Shown here: piece by piece, positions 9,590 to 18,840 of the stretch
Position numbering within the stretch: the stretch's first letter is position 1
Layout: the number at the start of each line of letters is the position of its first letter
Origin: a virus
Lineage: Duplodnaviria; Caudoviricetes
IMG/VR virus record: IMGVR_UViG_3300032225_000976
Coordinates: 1-43,807 of that record
Reading direction: 5' to 3' (one strand)
DNA length: 43,807 bases
Program-made: the position numbers and the translations under genes
Notes under the pieces: generated by a model
What the model was told of the DNA's origin: nothing
The model's input: the letters and a program-made list of their open reading frames with translations, nothing else
The model's database searches: none

Positions 9590-10081
9590 ATGCCAGTTCC
9601 ATACGCCACAGTCGATCAGTTCAAGTCGTCGGTGGACGAGCGCCTGCTCGCGGAGCTTGGCATCGATGCCGAGGAGGATGGTGTCGTCGATTCGAGCAAC
9701 ACGATCATCATGGCGGCCCTCATGCGGGCGAGCCATGAGGTCCAGTCGTTCGCTTTCCGTGGCGGCATCTACAGCGAGTCGGATCTCGACGCGCTTCAGA
9801 CTGCCGAAAACTGGCTGCTCATCGGAATGACCTGCGACATCGCGCTGGCGATCCTGCTGGCGCGCCGCGGCGGTCCTTTCGGAGATGCGGTCCGAGACAG
9901 GCTTGACAGGGCTAACGCCTCTATGGTCGATCTGCGCGACGGTAGGCGCGTCTTCCCTGTCGCCTCGAACATCGATGCGTCCAAGCCGGCGCTGTCCATC
10001 ATCAGTCAGGTCCAGCGAGGGAACCTGGGCATGGTCGCCGACAGCGATTTCTTCCCTCGCAGGAAGTACACGGCATCGTGA
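9590..10081 (+). CDS. Head-tail connector (Mu gp36/DUF1320-like)
   Basis: YATVDQF...ALMRASHEV...CDIA pattern; position after MCP. Confidence 0.7.
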   Translation: MPVPYATVDQFKSSVDERLLAELGIDAEEDGVVDSSNTIIMAALMRASHEVQSFAFRGGIYSESDLDALQTAENWLLIGMTCDIALAILLARRGGPFGDAVRDRLDRANASMVDLRDGRRVFPVASNIDASKPALSIISQVQRGNLGMVADSDFFPRRKYTAS

Positions 10082-10626
10082 ATCAAGCGCGCCGCCGCGT
10101 ACTGGAACCGCTCATCGTCCAGCGCATCGCGCTTGCGATGAAGGACGCATTGCAGCAGAACCTCGCCCAGTCGATCGGCGCGGACGACGCTCCGCTTGCC
10201 CCGCTGAATGTGTGGGATCGCGCGATGTTCCGTTCCTACGAGGACGGTCGCCGGCGCGAGAAAAGCCCAGACCGCAGCAACTCCGACACGCCGCTCGTTG
10301 ACACGGGCAGGCTTCTCAACTCGATCAGCGTCTCGACCGTCGATGGCAAGGCTGGCACGAGCGATGGTCGCCCAGGTCGGTCGTACAACATCGAAATCGT
10401 CGCGGCTGATTATGGACTTGAGCAAGCCCGTGGTGGTACATTCCACAATGTGGTGCTTGGTCGCACGAAGGCGATCCGCGAGTCACGAAGCTTCGAGGGG
10501 CGCGAGGGTTACGACTATGTCGTACTTCCGTCATTGAAAGTTCCTGCCCGACCGTGGAATCAGGTGAGCAGGGTCCGACTACAGAACCTAGCCAATGATG
10601 CCGTGAACAGCATCACAGGAGCATGA
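10078..10626 (+). CDS. Neck/virion morphogenesis protein (Mu gpG-like)
   Basis: PLVDTGRLLNSI and VPARPW motifs. Confidence 0.7.
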   Translation: MNQARRRVLEPLIVQRIALAMKDALQQNLAQSIGADDAPLAPLNVWDRAMFRSYEDGRRREKSPDRSNSDTPLVDTGRLLNSISVSTVDGKAGTSDGRPGRSYNIEIVAADYGLEQARGGTFHNVVLGRTKAIRESRSFEGREGYDYVVLPSLKVPARPWNQVSRVRLQNLANDAVNSITGA

Positions 10627-10627
10627 C

Positions 10628-11149
10628 ATGGCCGACTCATACCAGGACTTCCATGTAAATGGACCGACAGTCATCAAGTGGGGCGCGACCACCGCGTCCA
10701 CGGAACTCGGGATGACTGACAACGAGGATCTCATCCGCATCGTCGGACGGGATCACTACCGCACCTTCACGCGCAACGACACGGGCGACATGATCGCCGA
10801 AGCCGTGTACGCGGGAACCTCGTGGACCATCGACTTCACGATGGTGTCTTGGAACCAGACTCAGCTCGAAGCATTGCTTGGTCGGGTCCGATCTGGAGCT
10901 GGTGGCGGCGACGAAGGCACGATGGCGAATGTCGGTGGAACGCTCTTCGACGGAAGGGCGATCGCGCTTTCGATCGAGGGAACGAACGACGGCTCGATAA
11001 CCTATACCTTTGCCACGGTCATGCTTGCAAGCGGCCCCGAGTACATCGACTTCGGCAACACGGTGAAGCGCATCGCGCTTTCGTTCGTGTCGGTCTTCTC
11101 CGGCAAAGATTCGACTCCGCCGTCGTTCACGGCGAAGCTGCCCGCGTAA
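10628..11149 (+). CDS. Putative major tail tube protein
   Basis: 173 aa, beta-rich, directly upstream of the frameshifted chaperone pair; AGGAG RBS. Confidence 0.6.
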   Translation: MADSYQDFHVNGPTVIKWGATTASTELGMTDNEDLIRIVGRDHYRTFTRNDTGDMIAEAVYAGTSWTIDFTMVSWNQTQLEALLGRVRSGAGGGDEGTMANVGGTLFDGRAIALSIEGTNDGSITYTFATVMLASGPEYIDFGNTVKRIALSFVSVFSGKDSTPPSFTAKLPA

Positions 11150-11172
11150 TCACAACAGAAAGAGAGAACTGA

Positions 11173-11433
11173 ATGGCTGGACAACGCATCGACATCGGCA
11201 ACGACGACTGGAATGTCACCTTCGTGAAGGGCGACAAGGAGTACCGCATCGACTCGCTCGTGTACACGAGCCTTCTGCTTGAGAAGCACAAGGGAGATGC
11301 CGAGCCTCCGCGCGAGGTCGTCGTGGACTGCATGAAGCAGTCGATGAGCGACCACGAGGGTCTGACTGAACACGAGATCTGGGCGATGAGCGTTCGTCTG
11401 GCGAAGGCGATGAACAAAGCGGGAAACGCCTAA
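11173..11433 (+). CDS. Tail assembly chaperone (gpG-like)
   Basis: Ends in ...AGNA* with slippery G GGA AAC just before the stop. Confidence 0.75.
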   Translation: MAGQRIDIGNDDWNVTFVKGDKEYRIDSLVYTSLLLEKHKGDAEPPREVVVDCMKQSMSDHEGLTEHEIWAMSVRLAKAMNKAGNA

Positions 11434-11702
11434 AGGCGGCGGCAATCTTCGCTGCCGCCTATGGGTTCCCGCCGTCTTCATGCAGGGATGAGGAGGAAGC
11501 AATGGGTCTCTTCCAGAACATCAAGCTGGCGATGGCGATCCAGAGCGCGATGCTCGCCCGTGGTGTCGCCGCGTGCCTGTCGGCGGAAGCCAACGCGGAG
11601 CTGCTGAAGGACTGTGGCGCGCCTGCGAAGGATGTCGCCAAGATGAAGCTCGATGCCATGCGGCAGAAAACGGCGATGCACAGGCAGGGGATGCACCGAT
11701 GA
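11421..11702 (+). CDS. -1 frameshift extension of the tail chaperone (gpGT-like)
   Basis: XXXYYYZ heptamer GGGAAAC at 11421-11427 in the correct phase; the -1 frame is open to 11702. Confidence 0.75.
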   Translation, partial: GKRLKAAAIFAAAYGFPPSSCRDEEEAMGLFQNIKLAMAIQSAMLARGVAACLSAEANAELLKDCGAPAKDVAKMKLDAMRQKTAMHRQGMHR

Positions 11703-12499
11703 TCCTTGCTACCCAAGATCAGGTCTACCGCGCTCTCAGGCAGCGTCTTGTCGATTCGCTCGACCTGCCTGAGAGCCGCGTCTACCTGACGCAGGAACCG
11801 AAGTTCACCGAGGCGATGGACTTTGCCGTGCAGATCTCGCCTATCGCCGCCGGCGCGCAGAACGACTACAACCGCAGCGGTCTCGGCTTTATCACCGAGC
11901 GGTTCTCCGTCACGACATTCGTCAGGACGGCTTCCGACAACGATTTCAAGCAGTCGCGGCAGCTTGCTGGTCTTGACCACGGCGTGCTGATGCGTCAGGC
12001 GAAGATCAGGAAGGTTCTGATTCAGGATCTGCTTGACGGGCTTCTACAGGTCGCCATCCGATTCGTGTCGAGCGGTCCGATCAGGCAGGAGCCGCGCGCG
12101 CAGCTCTACATCTCGTCCACCGATGTGTTCACCTGCTCATACGCCACGCCGTGGCCGTATGCGGGGTCGTTCAAGTACGGCTTCAAGGCTACGCAGCCGG
12201 CGTGGACTGACCTGACGGGTGTGAACAACTACCGAGGCAAGATCGACCTCACGCTGACCAAGGTGCGCTCCACGAGCGATTCCGAGTACTTTTGGTTTGC
12301 GTTCCCGCAGGAGCTGCACGACCTTGGCGTGCAGATCAAGACGACCGCTGGTCTGGAGCCGTTCTACCGAACGGGATTCCCGTCTGACAGCGGACCGAGC
12401 ATCGGGACCATCGTCGAGGATGGCGTGACCTACCAGCTCTACCGTAGGGCATACCCGACCGTGTCCAGCTCCCTGACCTACAGGATCAAAGTCACATGA
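11699..12499 (+). CDS. Putative tail completion/terminator-like protein with an extra C-terminal domain
   Basis: ATGA coupling; QVYRALRQRLVDSL..RVYL start resembles tail terminators. Confidence 0.5.
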   Translation: MILATQDQVYRALRQRLVDSLDLPESRVYLTQEPKFTEAMDFAVQISPIAAGAQNDYNRSGLGFITERFSVTTFVRTASDNDFKQSRQLAGLDHGVLMRQAKIRKVLIQDLLDGLLQVAIRFVSSGPIRQEPRAQLYISSTDVFTCSYATPWPYAGSFKYGFKATQPAWTDLTGVNNYRGKIDLTLTKVRSTSDSEYFWFAFPQELHDLGVQIKTTAGLEPFYRTGFPSDSGPSIGTIVEDGVTYQLYRRAYPTVSSSLTYRIKVT

Positions 12500-13965
12500 G
12501 CAGCATCCCGACCAATGTCATCACGGTCAATTTTCCCGACGATGGCGGCGGTGGTGGTGGTGACTCGAATGCCGACATCCGTTCGATCATGGAGACGCTG
12601 CGTCATGTGCAGGCTCACATCGCGTCGATCAACACGAATGTGCGGTCGATCCTCGAGACTTTGCGTCGATGCTGTGCGCGCGGCGGGATGCGACCTGGCG
12701 GAGGCGGCGGTGGAGGCGGTCGTGGCGGCGGTATGTCCGAAGCAGAGCGTTCGATGCGCGGCAATCTAAACCGCTCGTTCGGCGCGGCGATGATCGAGGC
12801 TCGATACACCTCGCGCATGAACCCGCGCATGACCACGCGGGACATCCTGCATCCGACGCACTACAACCTGCTTGAGCGGTTCATGTCGGATCCCTCGGAA
12901 CTGAGTGCAAGCGAGCAGGCTCGTGGCGCTCGTCTCAGGGCTTTCGACTTGAGCGTCCGAGCGCGGAACCTTGGCGAAGCGGGACGCAATGCTTCTGCTG
13001 GAGCGCGGATTGCAGCTCGTCAGCAGGCTGCTGCGGCTCGTCAACAGGCGGCGGCAGCCCGCCAGCAGGCTGCGGATGCAGCGGCTGCGGCAGCGGCGGC
13101 TACGGCGGCAGCAGGACGGCGTATGCAGGGCGGCATGGCTGCGCGCATCGACGAGCTGCGCCGGCGTGCGGCGATGCCTGGAGCGACCGTAGCGTCGCTT
13201 GGGCTGACCGCAGAGGAACAGGCTGTCCTGTCGGGTCAGGCGAGTCCTTCGGGGCTTCCCGGCACGCGCGCGCACGCCCGAGCCGTTGCAGGAGTCGTCG
13301 CAGGCGTTCAGGATGCGAACGCGCCGCAGCAGGGCGGTGGCGGAGTGATGGCGATGGTCACGGGCATTGGTCGCGTCGTCGCCACGATGAATCTCATCGT
13401 CGGTCTGATCAAGACGGGCATCGATGCCATCATGTGGGGATCTCGGCAGACTCGCTCGAACATATCCGGCTTCTCAAGGCTGGATCCGTTCATGGCCAAG
13501 CTGAACACGGGCATGATGCTTTCCGACATGTTCTCCGAGATCCAGACCGCAAGGGATCCCAATGTCAGAACGGCGATGAGCAAGTATGCGAATGCCCAGA
13601 TCTCGAACACCGCTGCGTTCCAGGGAATGAAGAACTGGTGGACGCAAGAAACCGCTGAGATCGGCAAGTTTGGAACTCAGATCGGAACATTGGGATCCAT
13701 TCTTGGCGGTGGCGCTGAGAACATGTCCCACATGGATCAATGGCAATATCTTGGATCGTTCTTCTATCCTTGGGGAGAAGATGTCCGAGACAAGATCGAC
13801 TCCAAGTACGCCACGCAGCGGATCGCCGAGATGCGCGGAGCTGGAAACGCCATGTTCCTCAACGACCTCAACGCGATGACGGGCGGTCGATTCCAAGCCG
13901 ATCTATCCGCGACGGTCAGCGGAGGCGGAAGAAACAACTGGTGGACAGGTAGAGGCAATTACTGA
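12496..13965 (+). CDS. Tape measure protein (short, 489 aa)
   Basis: Ala/Gly-rich and helical, (AARQQAA)x3 repeat, hydrophobic segment, downstream of the chaperones. Confidence 0.65.
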   Translation: MSSIPTNVITVNFPDDGGGGGGDSNADIRSIMETLRHVQAHIASINTNVRSILETLRRCCARGGMRPGGGGGGGGRGGGMSEAERSMRGNLNRSFGAAMIEARYTSRMNPRMTTRDILHPTHYNLLERFMSDPSELSASEQARGARLRAFDLSVRARNLGEAGRNASAGARIAARQQAAAARQQAAAARQQAADAAAAAAAATAAAGRRMQGGMAARIDELRRRAAMPGATVASLGLTAEEQAVLSGQASPSGLPGTRAHARAVAGVVAGVQDANAPQQGGGGVMAMVTGIGRVVATMNLIVGLIKTGIDAIMWGSRQTRSNISGFSRLDPFMAKLNTGMMLSDMFSEIQTARDPNVRTAMSKYANAQISNTAAFQGMKNWWTQETAEIGKFGTQIGTLGSILGGGAENMSHMDQWQYLGSFFYPWGEDVRDKIDSKYATQRIAEMRGAGNAMFLNDLNAMTGGRFQADLSATVSGGGRNNWWTGRGNY

Positions 13966-16052
13966 TGTCGTACACCAAGCTGACATACAACGGGATTGAA
14001 CTCACGAATGTCAACATCGTGGAATATCGGATTGACAACCTGTCAACTCCCGACAATCCCTCGACATCGCTGGTGAAGCACACGCTTGCCGGCGAGGCTC
14101 TCGTCTACAACCAGACTGGCTACGGAGAGGATGAAAGCTCCAATCAGGCGTTCCTGTACAAGATGCAGTCCGCGCTGAACCAGCCTGGTAAGTCATTGTG
14201 GGCGCAGATCGAGATGCAGGGCGACAAGACCACCATCTCGATGGAGAAGGACGAACTGCATGGTCCGTACTTCTCGGCGAAGGTCAATCAGATCACGGGT
14301 ACGAATGCACTTATGGTGCAATTCACGGCCGAATGGAACGAGAAGCCTCGTCTTGCCGATGGCGGTCCATCGAGCAACAACCTGATCTCGTTCTACTGCA
14401 ACGCTCGTTTCTCCATCGACGCGATGGGCTTGACGACGATCAGGAAGACTGGATCTCTTCATGTAAGGTCCACCAACGCCAACGCGAATGCGCTTCTCTC
14501 TGGTGTCGCTGGTCTGGCAAACGACCTCGTCGGCACGAAGGACACCGCCGAATGGGATAACCCATATCCCGGCGGAGATGGATCGCGCAACGATGTCATC
14601 GTCGATTTCCTCAGTCCTGCCGTGGGCAACTACTACGCCGACTTCTTCCGGCGCTACATCAGCGGCAACCTGTATCGCGGATTCCGCCGAATGCATCAGG
14701 AGTACGCGATCGACGAGAGCCGCACGCGGCTCCTGTTCGACATCGTCGATCAGGAATTCGTGCGCGGTATTCCCGCACCTGCGCGCGTCGGCGACTGCTC
14801 GTACACATTCGAGCGTTCCATCGAGGACTCAAATGTCATCGGCATGAAGCACTTCATCGCGTCGGTGAAGGGCGACAGAAATGTCGTCCCCGGCGCGCTT
14901 CTCACGCTGTGCATCAGGCTTTCCCAGAACAGGATCGACTACGCGGAAGACACGATCCTCAAGGTGCGAGTCTCCGAGGAAAACATGCTTTCCGAGAACG
15001 CGATCACCTACGAAGTGATCGCGCGTGCCGATTCCTCGCAGTCTTTCTCCCCTGGAGCTGGAAACGGCGCTTCGTCTGGAGCGACCAACGACGGAAAGAC
15101 TCCGTTGCAGAGCGCGGGTACGGGAACGGTCGCATACGACAAGATGATGCTCAAGAACATCCTGTCGTCGATCAAGACCGCCGATGGAACCTTTGAGTTC
15201 TTCCCCGCGCAGCAGCCCGACGCATACGGTTCCGCGCTCATCGTGCATGTGACTCCAGGCGTGTTCCGTCCCGCCAACTACCCGACTGGAGCCGAAGCGC
15301 AGTTCAGTTACCCGACGACCTTGCAGCTCGGAAGCGAGAATCCCGTCATCTACTCGTTCCCCAAGGGGACATTCGACGCGGCTCCTGGTCAGGAGACGGA
15401 CGCGATCAATGTCTATCTCCCGAAGAACCACGCGGCGGTCCCGACTGGTCCGAACGCAGCCGACCTCCTGAAGAACAGAACGCGCGCCATCGCCACCGAG
15501 CGGAAGTTGAATCCTCCGCAGAAGTCTACTGGTCACCGAAGCCTGTCGATCAATTCAGGCATCAAGGTTGCTCATTCCACAAGCCCGAGCGCGGCTGGAG
15601 TTCCCGTGCAGCTTCATGCGCCTTACGCCGACATCACGGAGACCGTCGAAGGCGAGAAGAAGAACCAGGCTCCGAATGTCGATCCGCAGACGAGGAAGGA
15701 CAGTTCGGAAGGAACCACTTCCACAAAGCCGTTTGCGCTGCTTCATACCGAGAAGCACATGCACAGCGGACGACCTGACTTGCACGGCAACAGAAACATG
15801 ACGGCAAAGCACAAGCAGACGACGCGGCACTTCTGCCCAGGCGACATCCCGCACGGCGGAACATCTCCGACCAATAGCGCCTTCTCAAGCGTCACTACGC
15901 CGAGCAATGGGCAGAACTACCAGTTCATCCAGTACTTCGAGGCGGAACACGATGTTCCCTACGATGAGACTCAGGGTACGGATCAGGCAACCTTGAACGG
16001 ATCGACTGGCGCGCTGCGCTACAACTTTGGTTCCAAGCCGAGGCTTACATGA
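13965..16052 (+). CDS. Tail tip/distal tail-like structural protein, 695 aa
   Basis: Follows tape measure; starts LTYNGIEL; coupled start/stop. Confidence 0.6.
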   Translation: MSYTKLTYNGIELTNVNIVEYRIDNLSTPDNPSTSLVKHTLAGEALVYNQTGYGEDESSNQAFLYKMQSALNQPGKSLWAQIEMQGDKTTISMEKDELHGPYFSAKVNQITGTNALMVQFTAEWNEKPRLADGGPSSNNLISFYCNARFSIDAMGLTTIRKTGSLHVRSTNANANALLSGVAGLANDLVGTKDTAEWDNPYPGGDGSRNDVIVDFLSPAVGNYYADFFRRYISGNLYRGFRRMHQEYAIDESRTRLLFDIVDQEFVRGIPAPARVGDCSYTFERSIEDSNVIGMKHFIASVKGDRNVVPGALLTLCIRLSQNRIDYAEDTILKVRVSEENMLSENAITYEVIARADSSQSFSPGAGNGASSGATNDGKTPLQSAGTGTVAYDKMMLKNILSSIKTADGTFEFFPAQQPDAYGSALIVHVTPGVFRPANYPTGAEAQFSYPTTLQLGSENPVIYSFPKGTFDAAPGQETDAINVYLPKNHAAVPTGPNAADLLKNRTRAIATERKLNPPQKSTGHRSLSINSGIKVAHSTSPSAAGVPVQLHAPYADITETVEGEKKNQAPNVDPQTRKDSSEGTTSTKPFALLHTEKHMHSGRPDLHGNRNMTAKHKQTTRHFCPGDIPHGGTSPTNSAFSSVTTPSNGQNYQFIQYFEAEHDVPYDETQGTDQATLNGSTGALRYNFGSKPRLT

Positions 16053-18418
16053 GCAGCACCAAGTGCGGCGCACTCACGGAGATCAGCATCACCCGATGGG
16101 ATCCCGGCATCAGCGACTTCAGGTGGGGATACGCCCGCCTGCTCACGCCTGAGTTCGAGGAGATGATCCGCCAGCACAACATCGACACGACCGACATCAA
16201 CAGCATGAAGTGGCCGCTGTTCGGTCTGTCTCGCCACGCGACATGCAAGCTGCTCGTCACGAAGCAGGATCTCATGGAGCTGATCGTCGCAAGGGATGCG
16301 ACCGAGTGGGGCGATGGAGCCGACTCGCTCGATGGCGCTCCGTTCACGATCTCGTTCAACACGGGACACATCGATGCCCTCGACAGTTGCACATATCCGA
16401 GGATGTGGCTTGCGGACCTGATCCCGCTGATGACGGCGGAGATGGGTCTCGTGCACACGCATCTCGTCACGGACGAAGCCGGCGATCCCGTTCTCGATCC
16501 GATCACGGGTGAGCAAGTGACGGAGTCAAGGACGGAAGGCATCGCGATGTACATCGCGGTGTTCAAGTGCAGCCGATGGAAGTTCGCAGGTCGCCGCGCG
16601 TTCGGGATGAACAGCGACCAAGGCTCGATCTCGTGGCGTGACGACACGATCCTCCAAGACAATCGCGCGACCACGAAGGAGCTCGTGGAATACCTGCTCA
16701 AGGGATCGTGGAACACGCAGGGCGGTCTCGGAAGTGATGGGGATTTCTCGAGACTTCAGAACATCAAGTCGTCTCTGTTCTTGAACCAAGTGACGGTCGG
16801 CGACTCGGTGATCGGCGACGAGTACGATCAAGACTTCTCTCCGTCATCGCTTGATCCGACCGATGCCGACTGCTTCGGCAAGTACGAGTGGGAGAACACC
16901 GTACCTGGAGCCGATGCGATGGCTCACCGTCCTGTCGGAGAGATCATCGATTGGCTGCTGATGAAATGCGGCGCGGCCATCGTCTACGAGCCAATCGGGA
17001 GCGGCGAGTACGGCACATACTCGTTCACGATCATCTGCGTGGGCAAGCGCGTTCCCACCGATCCGCAGTTGACGCAGCACTACTTGGACGACAACCGCTG
17101 CCTTGCGTATCTGAACCAGAACAGCGCCGACATCCTTTCGGGATGCCGCAAGACTGGAACCGAGGACTGGGAGGCGAACTCGCTGACCAACCGATACCAG
17201 CGGCGCATCATCAACGCCTCGCCGATCTTCAACGCGACCTATCCGTTGTTCCGCATCGACATCAAGGGCGCGAACCTTCCTGACGGTCGCCCGCCAGATG
17301 TGTTCAAGACCGATCTCCCGCAGAACACGGTCGCGACCAGCCGGCAGAGTTACAAGTTGCCTAACCCGTTCTCGCAGACCGATCAGTTCAACGCGCACTC
17401 CGACCTCAACTACAGGCATGGGCGCGACTATTGCATCCAAGCAGACTCGCGGTATCAGAAGACGATCGAGGACACGACTGATCAGGAGTCCCACAGAGAC
17501 CGCAAGACCAGTCCGATGACATTCGGGAACATGAACAGCCCGACGACGGCTGGAAATGAACCCCGCCTCGCCGGCACAGATGTCCAGATCAGGCGGTACG
17601 AGTTCCTGCGCTTCGAGGCGTACCGCCGTCACGGAGGCATCAGCGACCTGTGGTTCCGTGGCTGGTATTCGCCGACCGCAAAGTTGACGAAGGTCTCCGA
17701 TCCGAGCGCGGGCGGTGACGGCACGACCGTCATCAACATCCCAGGAACCATCTGGTCAGGCGGATCGTGGATGGAGCTGCGCCTTCAGACAGACCGCAAG
17801 GGCTTTGGGTTCCCGACGACTCGCGTCTACGGCGAGCTGGAGGATCCGATGTTCTGCCCGCAGGCAGACGACCGACCGCTGGAGATCAAGACCAGCGGCA
17901 TCGCCAAGTCGTGGCGCGCCTCGGACGGCAAGATCAACATCCATGTCCCGCAGCCGTTCGGCATTCCTTGCCTGATCAAGATCGTCGCCAACGACGGTCC
18001 CTTCAACACGGGTGTCAAGGCTTGGTCCTACCTCGCCAAGGTCATGTTCAAGGCTCGCTCGTTCGACGCGACTACGGGGCAATATCCCGCCCCGCCCACG
18101 GGATCCACATGGCCTGGTCAACTCAAGGACTTCGAGAAGATCGATTCCTCGTGGGAAGACCTGACAATCGTCGCCTACAACCTCGCCGAGCTGGCGAACA
18201 CCTCCTCGTTCGCTGCGCCGGGCTACAAGATGCCGCTCGATCAGGCGGGCTTCGACATCCTGCCCATCGGCAAGGACCGCGACGGCAACCAGAACGAGGT
18301 CATCGTGCAGGCTCACCTGTACATGAGCGACGGCTTCGACTCAAACGACACGAACCCCGCCGACATGCCTGTCGCCTACTTCTGCCTTGCCAACGCCATC
18401 GATGGCGCTTGTTCTTAG
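16049..18418 (+). CDS. Large tail/hub-like structural protein, 789 aa
   Basis: Position, length and ATGA coupling. Confidence 0.6.
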   Translation: MSSTKCGALTEISITRWDPGISDFRWGYARLLTPEFEEMIRQHNIDTTDINSMKWPLFGLSRHATCKLLVTKQDLMELIVARDATEWGDGADSLDGAPFTISFNTGHIDALDSCTYPRMWLADLIPLMTAEMGLVHTHLVTDEAGDPVLDPITGEQVTESRTEGIAMYIAVFKCSRWKFAGRRAFGMNSDQGSISWRDDTILQDNRATTKELVEYLLKGSWNTQGGLGSDGDFSRLQNIKSSLFLNQVTVGDSVIGDEYDQDFSPSSLDPTDADCFGKYEWENTVPGADAMAHRPVGEIIDWLLMKCGAAIVYEPIGSGEYGTYSFTIICVGKRVPTDPQLTQHYLDDNRCLAYLNQNSADILSGCRKTGTEDWEANSLTNRYQRRIINASPIFNATYPLFRIDIKGANLPDGRPPDVFKTDLPQNTVATSRQSYKLPNPFSQTDQFNAHSDLNYRHGRDYCIQADSRYQKTIEDTTDQESHRDRKTSPMTFGNMNSPTTAGNEPRLAGTDVQIRRYEFLRFEAYRRHGGISDLWFRGWYSPTAKLTKVSDPSAGGDGTTVINIPGTIWSGGSWMELRLQTDRKGFGFPTTRVYGELEDPMFCPQADDRPLEIKTSGIAKSWRASDGKINIHVPQPFGIPCLIKIVANDGPFNTGVKAWSYLAKVMFKARSFDATTGQYPAPPTGSTWPGQLKDFEKIDSSWEDLTIVAYNLAELANTSSFAAPGYKMPLDQAGFDILPIGKDRDGNQNEVIVQAHLYMSDGFDSNDTNPADMPVAYFCLANAIDGACS

Positions 18419-18471
18419 TGTTGTTGGTGCGGTAAACATTGACTTGCACGAAACATATGGTTAGATAAGCC

Positions 18472-18840
18472 ATGCCCCACACCGAGCCAGTACTACCTAT
18501 TGGGGTTCCGATCGCGCCCACCCAGCCCGAGGACACGAACCCCACGCACATCGCGGAATATGGGCGCGGCGGTCTCATGTCGGTCGCGACGACGACGGTG
18601 CGGGATGCCATCCCGAGCGGTCGCAAGAAGGTCGGAATGCTGGTCTTCGTGCAGGCTGACAGCAAGTACTACACGCTCACCTCGACTCCGAACACATGGA
18701 CGGAGTTCGTTGGCTCAGGCACTTCGCCCACGGCGGACATCGCCACCGCATCGACGCAGGACCAGATCCTTGCGGAGGTCGAGTCTCTGTCTGCAAACCT
18801 GACTGGTGGTGTCTACGGTGGAACCTGGGTGAACCACTAA
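18472..18840 (+). CDS. Tail-fibre-associated protein, 122 aa
   Basis: RDAIPSGRKKVGMLVFVQADSKYY resembles fibre-module motifs. Confidence 0.6.
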   Translation: MPHTEPVLPIGVPIAPTQPEDTNPTHIAEYGRGGLMSVATTTVRDAIPSGRKKVGMLVFVQADSKYYTLTSTPNTWTEFVGSGTSPTADIATASTQDQILAEVESLSANLTGGVYGGTWVNH

